A stretch of DNA of 64,000 bases from positions 23,063,504-23,127,503 of the forward strand of contig OZ037765.1 of NCBI GenBank assembly GCA_964035545.1, written 5' to 3'. A program made the position numbers and the translations under genes. Positions 52,755 through 64,000 of the stretch are shown in pieces (the stretch's first letter is position 1; the number at the start of each line of letters is the position of its first letter). Source of the stretch: Bugula neritina (taxonomy: Eukaryota > Animalia > Bryozoa). The notes under the pieces are model-generated. The model ran no database searches. It saw only the letters and a program-made list of their open reading frames with translations, and was not told the origin of the DNA.

Positions 52755-55700
52755 CCAGTAATTGTTAATTGGTATTGTGATATTAATATAAGTTTATAAC
52801 TATACTTATGGTATATTGATTAATAATTAGTAAGTCTAAGACAAGATGGATAGTAATACTTATACTACTTGAGTGTTTTATTCAAATCGTTGAGAAAAAG
52901 TGCATCAAACTTTCACATTGATACAGTTGAACTTAAACATATATGTGTTTAATGAATTGGCTATAACACTCAGTCACATGTTATCTTAAAACCCATTGTA
53001 TACCCTGTTAAGACTCATTTTGGTCTTGTGGTGCAGATATAGTGTATTTGACATTTGTCTTGTGAGAGTAACAGTCTTTTTCATATTAAATAAGCCAAAA
53101 AGTCTAGGTTTTTTTAAGCCAGATTGTTGTTCTGATTATATAATTTGAAGTCAAGAATATTCATTGTTTAGCATTCATTGTAATGGTCCTGTTGTTTCGA
53201 TAATTTTTACAGATTATAGAGGTATAACTAATTTTGGAAATACATGCTTTTTAAATGCATGTATTCAAACTATAAGTCGCACACCACCGCTACAAGTAAA
53301 TTGTGAGTACATAAATTTTAATTTATCTTTTTCTTAGGGGATTAATATGACTTTAAACCTAGATTTAAAGTAACTTGTTATATTTATATAGGAAATAAAT
53401 GGTCATGTTTTTCATACTGTAAACGAGAAGTAGATCACTGTTTTGGTCTTTTGGTCTCACTTTAGTGTTTTTTTTGTTATATATGCTTCATTTGTTACTG
53501 TGCCAGTCGCAATTCCACAGATCAAGGGTTGAATTTCATGGCTAACGATAAATTTCAAATCCCTTATCAAAAACCAAATGTATAATTGACATTTTAATCA
53601 AGAATAACCACCAATTAAGGCTTCTTTTACATACATATTTTGTTTTTAGAGGTTTTACCTGATTTCATGAATAATGAGCAGCATGATGTTGCAGAGGTAT
53701 TAATGGAAGTTTATAACATGCGATGCAATAGGTTGGGTAACATTAACATTGCTTGAACACATTTGTTGCTTATGTATAGTTTATAATTCCTAAAGTGACA
53801 GTTAGTAGGTACACTAAACACTTATGCTCTTTTCTTCAATGGGACAAAATTGTTCTGGTCAGAAGTTGAATAGTTGACTAAATGTCATTTCTGCAATGCT
53901 GAAACAGCATTTGCTCAGTAAATGAAATTATTACCAGTTCCTCTATTAGAGGTGATTTGGCAACAAATAGAACATTTATTTTATTGGCACTATAGCATCA
54001 CGTTTTGTATTGGCTATTTTATTTGTTACAGAGTGAGGTCACACTGCAGGGCATCAATTCAGTTCCAAGAAACTAGATGGATATGTTTTCGAAGGGTACT
54101 TTGTGTATTTTATGTTTACATAATATTTTAGACCATATTCTTGAGAATTTCTGACTACTGAATAAATACTCATGTTACTATTTTCCAGCTCTAGTAGTCT
54201 AGATATAACTGTACAACTGTCTCAGTTTACAAAGCTTCCAAAAGTCTTAGCTATCACTTTGAAAAGATTTGATGAACCAGGAGTCAAGTTAACTAAAAAC
54301 TTGGAAGTACTGGATTTGCTTTATATAACAGATAAGAGTGGGGTGAGAAGTATTTAACAAATACTTGTATACAAAGAGGCACAATACAAGAGCAGTTTAT
54401 TGCTGTTGCAGGAACAAAGATTTAATTAGCTCCAAGAATAAATGCAATAGGTATTACGGACATTCTGGTTCTAATAACTGTAATAAAGGTACAGCTGTAT
54501 AATCAGCTATATTGTTTATCTTTTGCTGTGTGTTTTGTCATTAGCTTTGCACTTGTGAAGAAAATTGTAATTTGTTGATTGTTTGTTTTGGCAGCTTTGT
54601 TTGTGTTCAAGAAGAGAATCCTTGGAATATTTCCCTGCGCTACTCACTGTTACAAATTCATAGGACTTGCTTGCTAGCATGTGTAAGTCCTTTGAAGTTG
54701 ACTGCTGAGTTGACAGAACAGTAAACCACCAGCTCCGTCACAAGACTCCAATGTAATCAAGTTGCTTTTTACAAATTGGTTTGGTTTCCATGTAGCTGTC
54801 ACACCACTGTGATTGCGATTGTCACTTTCAAAGTAAAGAATGACAGCTGATTGTTCCATTATTATTTACATATTTCCTCTAGATCGTATTGTAGCATAAA
54901 AGAAGACCTACTGAGAACATATTGATTTATTTAGCGGTATTTTAACTGTTAGCAAGACTTTGCAAAATGTATACATTCATATTAGGTGTTTAGGGCATTA
55001 AAGCTTTGATAAGCCGTTGCATATTTGCAATTATATGCAAGGCGTTATAAGCCATGACGAAGTTTCAGTTGTTCAGCATTTTGGTGACATTTCGTCAGCA
55101 AATATGTTTTTGTAATTTTTATTTGCTGTGCCTTGAACACATCTTTATACAAAACTAAAAAATTGATTTTTTTTTTTTTTTTTTTTTTTTGTCTCCCACT
55201 TTTACTTATATTATTGCATCATATGTTATGTTTTATTGTATAAATATCAAATAGTTCTTCAAGTTATTGTGTTCTTTGATTACATCATGCTGTACAGTAA
55301 TACATACAAGTTACTAGTATCTACAATTTCACTCACATCTTTACAATATTATTTTAAAGAACAAAAATTTAAAACAACTTTGCTGCCGTGGCTATTCATT
55401 TACTTCTAGTGAGTTATCGATCAAAGTTTTGAGCACAAGGCCTAAGTTTGAGGTAGTGAAAGTAAGACACTTTAAGCATAAAGCTAAAAAGTTCTGCATT
55501 TTAACCCATAAGTATTAACTTGGTTGATTTATCAAATTATTTATTTGATGAAATTATACTAATTGAGTCACACTATTTGAAATAGCATTGTACTATAAAT
55601 ACTAACGATAGTTCTACGTTTTATAGTTCAAGTTTGAAAATACTCATGAGCATGATAACAATAATAAGCATTTTTTATTATAACAATTACATGCAACGAT

Positions 55701-57436
55701 AAATATTAACTTATTTTCACTGTAGTTCTTAATGAGATATTTTAATGGGAATTTCGATAAAAAAAATAATATTATGCTGGCTAGATAACGTACGAATGTT
55801 AGTTGAATAACTAAAATTTAGTTAATAGTAAAACATCGAAGGTTTTGGTATCTACGCAACTACGAGAATCACAATTATTGGGCTCGGTTTTGTAGTTTAT
55901 AAGTTAATTATTAGCAGGTAAAAATGTAATTGTCAACATCATAATAAAAACTAGTTGTGTAACTAAACTCTTTGTGCGCCGACGGCTTGGATGTTTCATG
56001 ATTTTATGGCCACGCTCACGCAACCGGATTTTATGTTTAAAAGTAGTCGTTAGAAGTTTTTCTGAGTTGTTTTCTCCCGTTTACGTTTCCGCCACTTTTT
56101 CCGCCTTTACGTTTACGCAGTTTACAAAAACCGCTATTTGACAAGAATGTGGCTAGTAACTAGGAGACTGTAGCATTATTATCTTTTAATGCTAACTATC
56201 TTTAGGATACTTCCGGTCTAACTCTTATTGTATTGTGTCTTCACTTCATGGCTAATTTATTCCATTAATAAATTACCATGACTCACCTTGGAAACCATCG
56301 GCATACTTGAGTATATTATGAGAATTCACCATGGCAACAGAACTGGGACTTGGATCTCAAAGCAATATATATAAGCTATCAGAATCTGAGAGCTGTAAGC
56401 ATTAGGTAGAGCAGCTTGCTCGTACCTTCTGCTCATTGGCATATCATCTCGCTGGACATCTCTAAGTCTATGAGGAGCATCTAGGAGGTAGACATCACAT
56501 AGCAAACAACAAATGGTAAGCGCAAAGACATTGATAGACTTTACATCATATATAAATTGTTGATTACACAAGTTTTCAAGTTAAGAATTTACTTTATATG
56601 CTGAGTCTTATAATAACCTAAATTTTGTTAGCCTAGGGTTGATAACTGCTAAGGATGAATTTCTAAGATACAATACAGCATATAGCAAATACTGTAACCC
56701 TGCATATTATATAAATGACATGCCATTGATAAAAATGCAGACAATGTATGATGTTATTATTTGTAGGTTTTAAATGATAAATATAGCTAATAATTGTTTT
56801 TACTTTTCAGATATAAGATGAAAGAATATTAAAATATGTCTGAGAAGAGTGTTATGTTACTCTTTTGGCTCAATGTAGGTAAGAAATTAATTAAAGCTGA
56901 ACTTTTGCAATATAAAACTGTAAAGTTCAAACTTTAAAGTAGTAAGTGATAGGGTCAGACCAATGACACAAAGGGTACCACACCTACATATGAGTGTTGA
57001 ACTGTTTTTGACTTCAAATAGTGTTGTATCTTAATGCTGTTTGAGACACATTTTATATTTAAATAATTGCTCTAAACTCTCTAAGAGGTCTATAAAATGT
57101 GCAATATTACTAGAGGTTGTGTCTAATGTTAGAAATCATGCATGATTTTATTTATCAGTGTGTAAACCCTGCATAAGTATTGGTAGTAAGTCTAGTGTCT
57201 AAACAAAAGTGCACAACTCCTAAAGTTTTCTTTTAAAATATTAAAACTACTGCTATCAGTGAATTTCACGTTGACTTTCAGTAGACACACCATGATTAGG
57301 TTAACAGCATTGGTTTCATAATGGTTTTGACCATGGAAAGAGTGATATTGTCCTGTTAATTTATTTCTCTCTTTGTGTGAATTTATATTTATTCACTTGA
57401 ATCACGACCTACCTATGCATAGGCTCGCCAGTGTCC

Positions 57437-57726
57437 GGTAAAAATGGCACAGGCAATAATGGCACAGGTAATAATGGTACAAATGGCAAAGTAGGTAAAA
57501 ATGGCATGTTTTCAATATTAGGGTTTGGGATGAGCTAGGTTGGGTGTTTAGGATTGGGGGGGGGGGGGGAGGCTTAGGTTTGGGAATGGGGGTTTGAGTT
57601 TGGGGTTTAAGGGTTAAGGGTTTGAGTTTGTGGTTTGGGATAATTTAACATCAGTGTGCCATTTTTTCCTACTTTTCCATTTGTGCCCTTATTACCAGTA
57701 CCATTATTACCTGTGCCATTTTTACC
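57437..57726. mobile_element. MITE / non-autonomous DNA element with modular TIRs and a G-rich core
   Basis: ggtaaaaatggcacagg... is the reverse complement of ...cctgtgccatttttacc; tandem 15-bp subterminal units at both ends; interior of GGG/TTT runs. Confidence 0.8.
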
Positions 57727-58811
57727 TAAAATTTTACCTAATATTTCTAAGTGTGCAACTAGGAATGTTATAAAATGATAGCAAAGCTTATAATTAATTT
57801 ATAATTGATTAAAATAATTATTACTAACTTTATATAATAAGTTAAAACCATTTTCTTTATTTTAGAAAAAAGTTAGAAGTGCAGGAAAAGACAGGAAGAT
57901 GGCTAAGTTAAACTTTATATTTTATTTTACCCCTTCCCCTAACCTACAGCATCATTTATACAGAGTGTCTAAATATTTGTTGAATAAAGCGAAGAACAAT
58001 CATGCATTTATTTAGAGTTTTCAACAAGTCTATCAAACATTCTATACATGTGTATATTTATATAATATATTTATTATAATGACTGAAAAGCAGTCAAGCG
58101 CTAGCTAGTGTTTAGGTTTTTCACTCATTTGTATTATGGAACTTTCGCTGAAATACAATCACTTTAATGCATAATCCAAATTCTATTTAAAAGGAGGATT
58201 ATTTGTTCAATCAGTGACCACTTGGTGTCACCACAGGATAATTTTATCCTACAAGAATAGCGTACTAGAACATTCCAGAATATTGTACATAGAAATGTGT
58301 GATTGAATTGTGAATGAGTATTAATATTTAATGTATATAACACCTTTTATTGGTTTCAAGTGAAATTTTTGCCTATTAATTATTCTCCAGTGATTTTTAG
58401 CATCATGCCCCTCTTCAAAATGTTATGTTTTTTTCGGTCATTGGATGTTTGTATAATTTTAGTAAAGTATATATTATGCATATTTAACCCATTAATTCAA
58501 CTACTGTAGGTTTATTCTTTCATCCATATTTAATGTTTGATGCTTTTCATCACATATTTTAAACTTTAATTATAACATACATTATTTTTTAAACTTTAAA
58601 AGAATTATATCAAATAAAGTATTGATGCTCAAGCAATAATAATGTAGTTATAATTTAAATTTTCATGATCTTCAGATAAAAATGCCATTATTTATCACAA
58701 ATGATGCATGAAAGAGTCAAACAAGTGTAATAATGTGATAATAAAACAATATACTACCAGTGTAAAGAGGCAGGATTATAATATTTCGTATTTAGAAAAA
58801 AAGGGTTGGCG

Positions 58812-58862
58812 CCTCAGCTTAAAGACATCCTCAGCTTAAAGACATCCTCAGCTTAAAGACAT
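58812..58862. repeat. 17-bp tandem repeat, 3 perfect copies (cctcagcttaaagacat)
   Basis: Direct reading. Confidence 0.9.
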
Positions 58863-59504
58863 CGGAATAAGTTGCTAGTAACAGCCACATACAAATTATT
58901 GTACAGTGAAGTCAGGTTTTAATTATTAATAATAGAAGAAGCTTGTAATAAAATATAAAAAATACGTTTAATAGCACGCTTATTCAAAAAGGTCAGACAT
59001 TTTTATTAGATACAAGTAGGTTATTTTGAGTTATAAATGGTTTGTCAGTTTAAAGATACATACAAAGTCAGCATAAATAATGATAGAACTAATTTTGACT
59101 AGTGAAATTTTTTTACTGTGGTTAAGAAATTTGGTATAGATAAAGCATTGCGTTAACCAATGCAAGATAACTAATAAAATAATACTAACTAAGCTATGGT
59201 AACCACCTGAAGTTTGCCATTTAAGAAGAGTCCAATGAGCATCACTGTAATACAAAAACACAAATTTGATGAAACTAACATAGAAAAAACTATTTTAAAA
59301 GACACAATTCTACCCTCAAAATCTGTGATATTCGAGTATTACTGAGGATGGACAACTCAACTCATGAATTATTTAAACTTGAAAAATCTACAATATTTTG
59401 AAAAGTATATCTCCACTTTTTTCAGATAATAAACAAGTAACTGAATTAGACTTAGTAAAATTCTAGCAGCACATCTATGTAATGATGAAACCAATACGAA
59501 GATA

Positions 59505-62500
59505 TTAACTAGGTCGTAGGTCACTAAACAATTTGGTATATCTAAGAGACGAGCTTATGTCATGTAAATATGATAGAATTGACTTCTTATCTCTGTCAGA
59601 TTTCTTAGATTCATAGATGACAACCAGAGAAACTGCTGGATCAATTCTAGAGACCACATACATGACATTACTTTTCTACAACATAAATAGATACAACAAA
59701 GCGTTAATGCTGCTGAAACGCTCTTTCAAAATATACAAGATTTCTTTATATCAACTACACAAAAATTGTATTCAAATACACTATAATCATATATTTCAAT
59801 AACATGTTATGCTTATAATAAAAACAGCGCTAGTGCTTGATACTGTTTGAAACTTGGAGGTTGATAGGTTAGCTTCAAACATACCTAATTGATAATATCC
59901 ATTTAGAAAATGACAAAAACTGTACTAGTATTATTTACATTAGTTACCTAATTATGAGACCAATTACCTGTAATTAATCATTAGTATAATACTTGTTTCA
60001 CAATATTTCAGAGGACCTTAAGGTTACATTTAATTAAAAAATAACAATTCAAATAATATTTTACACAACTATATAAAGTACTTTCAACTAAACAAAGTAC
60101 AAGTAGTGGAATACAACAAATTCAATACTTGAATGGTACATTGACCCGTATTTAGATTACTTCTATATATTTTCTATATTCTATAATTGCTAATATTTAC
60201 TACATACTCTTTGCATCTCATGAATTGTGTTTTAATAAATGCAATAGTTGGCAGCTACTTGCAAGAAGTAAATCAATCTCTAAGAGTGATATAAACTATA
60301 GAGTGTGATTATTACCAACAAAGTTTAAAAAACTTCAAATGATTGGATAGCAAAGTGAAGCTCAAAAATCTATAAAATGAATTGATTGTAGTACCACATA
60401 TGATCTGGCTGCTACATAGTAATGGAGATACAACTGCTACAGAGAGCATGACTGAAAATTTTCACCAAGATATTAAAGAAAGGAGGAGAATTGATTTGGT
60501 AACGAGAAGGTGCCAGAGTGTACTAAGAACAGAGTTAGAGCTGATTGCAAAAGATAGGGCAAGCACTCTATCCGACCTCAATATGAAGATGAGATGGTTT
60601 CAAATCAAGTGCGTATTCCTCCTACTTTATCACTAAGGACTATAAAACTTAAGGAAACCAGTTATTCAGTCAACTAAAGTTAAGTAAAAGAAGATGAAAT
60701 GCATTTTATTGTGGATTAAAGATAATTTGAGGCCAACAAAACCTCTTCAGAACTGAGTGTTATTAAACTTGCAATTGGTCATTTAGATTTCAAATCCCTC
60801 AATAAAATCTACTTTTGCCATTTTTATTGAAATTTGAAAGAATTATGTTACAAGAACTAATCTTAGCAGTTAATAATGTTATAGGTTTATGTAGCATACA
60901 CTTGAAAATGTCGCCTGCATACAAGGCATAGAACAATGCTTATGATAATGTAATGTTATCTTCATCATTATTGCGAACAAGTATAAAATTGTTCAACAAT
61001 GAATCAAGTACAAATATATTTAGAATAGAGTGTTTTAGATGAGAAAGTATTTAGATAAGAGTATATTTAGATCAAAAATCATTTAGAGTAACAGTGAAAA
61101 TATTTAAAATATAAAACATATTTTGTTTAAGTCATGAATATTAAAACTATAATGGAAGTGTTTCAAGCCTACAGTGTGCCGTGATTGAAATTAACTTATT
61201 TTAGAAATTTAGTCTATCACTGATCTCTTATTGTGACGTAACACCAAATACTTATTTGCAGGTACAGGAGATACATGTTACCCAAGAGGGCGGTAGAGAC
61301 ACCAAAACCACAGACTGCAAATAGTAATCTGATACAAATGGAGCACAACACACAATGTTTGGCTAGTAAAGGCTGGGATACCGTAAAAATAAAGCTGATA
61401 ACCCCATAAGCAATAAAATCAGTTGAAGTTGAATAGAATTCTTCAAGTTTGTATATATTTATGAGCGCTGCTAATATTTTGAAACAATAATAATTTATAG
61501 TAATTACCATGTTACTGAAAACTACTCAATACAAATAATAATAGTATCAGTAGCAAATGTTTTCTAAAAATTCAAAATACTGATGACTTGTATATTTAAA
61601 CCAACTAAAACTTATTGTAAAATTACAGGTGTGCATAAATAGCCAGATAATTTTCAATACATGACCCGAAATCGTTTTTAAACAGCTCCTAAAACTCTAG
61701 CATAGTTTTTCACTAAAATCACTTGTAAAATTTTATAAAAGATTGCATCACCAAGTTTATTACTGCATAAATTTCAGTTTGCCTATCCTAGAATTTTAAA
61801 AAGGACAATTAAATTATTTATTAATGCTTAAAATGAAAAGATTTGGTTTAGACCAGAAAGTTTAAAAATGATATTCTGCACCACAATTATATAAATTGTG
61901 CACTCATTTATTTGGGGTTCACAACATTCTACCACCAAATACAATTTAATATTATGTACACACAAGAGCTTTGGGTAAAAAAGCCCTTAACATATAAGCT
62001 GTATAACTGACTGAGGCAATAGCAAAATATATATCAAAACGAATTTCTGTAATATCAATACATAGGATGGACCAAATACTGGCTCAGCAAGCAATTTTTG
62101 TATAATACGTTTTTGTTATATAACATGTCATAATGAACTGCTGGGTTAATCAAAAGTTGTCTTACCTCATCATAAGAGACCACAGGCTTCTCTGATTGGT
62201 TAAGTTGTCTTTCATTGTATGACATGAGCATAACTAGTGAGGCTTGATGGCAAGAAGGTAGACAGGGAAGGTTAGACAACTCTCCGGTCTCCTAAGAAGT
62301 AAATCAACAGATCTATTTCGTATTCAATAGCTTGAACTCAATGAAATTCAATGAAAATACAGAATCAGACAAGCTGAAAATAATCATTCATACAAATCTT
62401 GATTCTATATATCATTTTAAAAATGCAAAAAAAATTCAAAGAAAAAGAAAGTTCAAAAATATTGACAGTGTATAATTTTAATATTTGTAAAAGATTTAAC

Positions 62501-63608
62501 AGCAAAGTATGTGATTATTTAATTTCTATATATTTGCTAATTTCAATGTATAGATTAAGTATAATAAAGTTAAAACCAACCACACGGCTTGAAGGGTAAC
62601 AGAATATAGCAATATAGCTTTCTCTCCCTTGAAGAGTTTGGGAGGGTATAGATATATGCGAATAGCCAGGCCCCTTTATGGTTAAATCTTCTGAATTCAA
62701 TATAAGAGTCACCAAACTGGCACCAGTCTTCTTGTGAAAGGTTATCAAGCTGGTGTAAAATAAACAATTCTTATGTAGCAGACTGAGATGTAAATGTGAA
62801 CAGAAATTTAATGCTTAGAAGAAAATGTGATAAACTAGTACATGTAATAGTAATACAGTTGCCAGTGAAATAAATATAAATAGAACATAGGTGTCTTTAC
62901 TTCTACTGATAGTGTACATTACCTGCTACAATAGTCAATAGAACATCTGTTGAGGTACAGCTTCATGTCCCCTTGAGGCGAGTATTTGCTCAGAACATCA
63001 TAGAAATAAAATGTAAACTAAAAACAAAACAATTACGTATCATATGTGTATCATGTAAAACATGGAACAACAGTGGCCTAGTCGCAAAAGCCAAGTCATG
63101 AGTTTGAACTTAGGTAAAAGCAATTGGTGATGTAAGGAAAGAAATTACCCCCCCCTCCCCCCCCCCCCTGTTACAGAAGAAACAAGTTCTTAACCCAATT
63201 AAATAGCCACCAGGGGCTCTCATGAGAATGGAGAATTTAAAAAACTCTGTATGTATTATATAAAAGGCATAAAATACACAAAAATATACATTTTGTTGAG
63301 CTTGAATATGTGAAGCATAATAAAAACTTCATACGAGTATTTTAATCTTGAGTATAATTACTTTTGAGTAAATAGCATCCTTATACTTTTTCAGCCAGAC
63401 ATGTAACTCAGGGTTAGAGGCTGTCTTCATGCCAAGGAAACCAATCTTAATAAGAGTTGAGGTTTTGGTGGTTTGTGGAGATACAACAGACAGAATATGC
63501 GATATCTTGGTGTGAGCATTCTGGAGGTGTAGTAGTGACTCGGGGTAACACCATTTTGACATAGCTATGTCTGCTTGTAGGAGACTCTCTATCACCTCAC
63601 ACTCCGTT
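59505..63608 (-). CDS. KICS2: KICSTOR subunit 2 (C12orf66) homologue, last five exons; 5' part lies beyond the window
   Basis: Exons 63362-63608 (SLLHLQNAHTKI..LHVWLKKYKDAIYSK), 62923-63017 (FTFYFYDVLSK), 62581-62749 (GASLVTLIL..GPGY..YIAIFCYP), 62166-62291 and 59505-59675 (VVIYESKKSDRDK..LFSDLRPS*). These match recalled C12orf66 motifs (AHTKL, KFSFYF, GHGY, FESKKSERD). Confidence 0.85.
63070..63250 (+). mobile_element. Diverged third copy of the tRNA-derived SINE (KICS2 intron)
   Basis: Shared blocks gtggcctag, gtcatgagtttgaac, ttggtgatgtaaggaa and caggggctctcatgagaatgg correspond to copies 1 and 2. Confidence 0.5.
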
Positions 63609-64000
63609 CTATAAACATAAACCACCAGGTCAGTAGTATGCAGTGTGTGTAAAACAAGCAGTTCACCATTTATGTGACCCAAGAAACAAAATTTGCTCAA
63701 CAAACATTAAACAACACACAGAGACATCTTCCCTAGTTACTGATTGATTTTTATTTAACAATTTCGCTACTCTATATTAACAATTTATCTATAGCATACA
63801 TAAGCTTACAGTATTCTAAGATACATTCATGTAAGTGTTAGTTGTTGTAAAGTTAATATCCACAATAATGCACTACTAAAAACTATATTGTGCTATATTT
63901 TAGATTTATTTCATAATTATCAGAAAGATAAAAGGCTTTACAATGTTTAAAACTCATAATCTTGTGAAATATGAGTAGAGGAAAACTTGAATAAAGTTTT

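Larger units (their letters stand above)
47150..54490 (+). pseudogene. Decayed intron-containing ubiquitin-specific protease (peptidase C19) inside the TIR element
   Basis: Putative exon 1 ATGG|gtaagc (47150-47153) joins in phase to 53213: MDYRGITNFGNTCFLNACIQ (Cys box). Then DFMNNEQHDVAEVL (53650+, QQDA-type box), LFWSEVE*LTKCHFC..LPVPL (about 53850-53950, finger CxxC, with stops), KLPKVLAITLKRF (54189-54342), and a frameshifted HSGSNNCNKG His-box remnant near 54461. Confidence 0.8.
46812..56133. mobile_element. TIR DNA transposon with 9-bp TSD (Mutator/MULE-like, non-autonomous) carrying a USP gene and a nested Gypsy
   Basis: Left end cggtttttgtaaactgcgtaaacg is the exact reverse complement of right end cgtttacgcagtttacaaaaaccg (24 bp, extending imperfectly through gcggaaa repeats). 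Perfect 9-bp direct repeat ctatttgac at 46803-46811 and 56134-56142. Confidence 0.9.

Noticed and set aside
54674-54859. Possible PHD-finger or transposase remnant inside the TIR element
   Set aside because: Only scattered Cys, Trp and His residues across different frames; no motif can be assembled without several assumed frameshifts.
55167-55190. 24-nt poly-T tract suggesting an antisense retrocopy tail
   Set aside because: No flanking TSD or recognisable element body was found.
60382-60636. ORF containing ENFHQDIKE, similar to an ERFHQDI transposase motif
   Set aside because: Flanking residues and spacing do not fit, and no TIRs were seen; it may be chance.

Overview
AT-rich, intron-containing animal (invertebrate) genomic DNA; the species cannot be identified from the sequence alone. 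Host genes: the first coding exon of a cGMP-dependent protein kinase (- strand, runs out of the window), a 411-aa single-exon orphan ORF, a complete 31-exon receptor tyrosine phosphatase (signal peptide, EGF-like, FN3-like repeats, TM, active D1 and pseudo D2; about 1505 aa), a divergently transcribed 3-exon pickel/megatrachea-type claudin, and the 3' part of KICS2 (C12orf66). Mobile DNA: a 5'-truncated RTE LINE with a 26-bp TSD, tRNA-derived SINEs, MITEs, and two intact single-ORF Ty3/Gypsy elements with identical LTRs. The most notable feature is not visible in the ORF track: a 9.3-kb element (46812-56133) with terminal inverted repeats and a perfect 9-bp TSD (Mutator-like). It has no visible transposase but carries a decayed, intron-containing ubiquitin-specific protease (USP/C19) gene, whose putative first intron holds the second Gypsy element. 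Also notable are an in-frame array of 11 splice-donor copies behind one phosphatase exon, a GC-AG intron splitting the phosphatase catalytic motif, and a spacer-less 206-bp perfect palindrome between two (TA)n tracts. All coordinates and splice models were read by eye and are unverified by alignment or RNA data.
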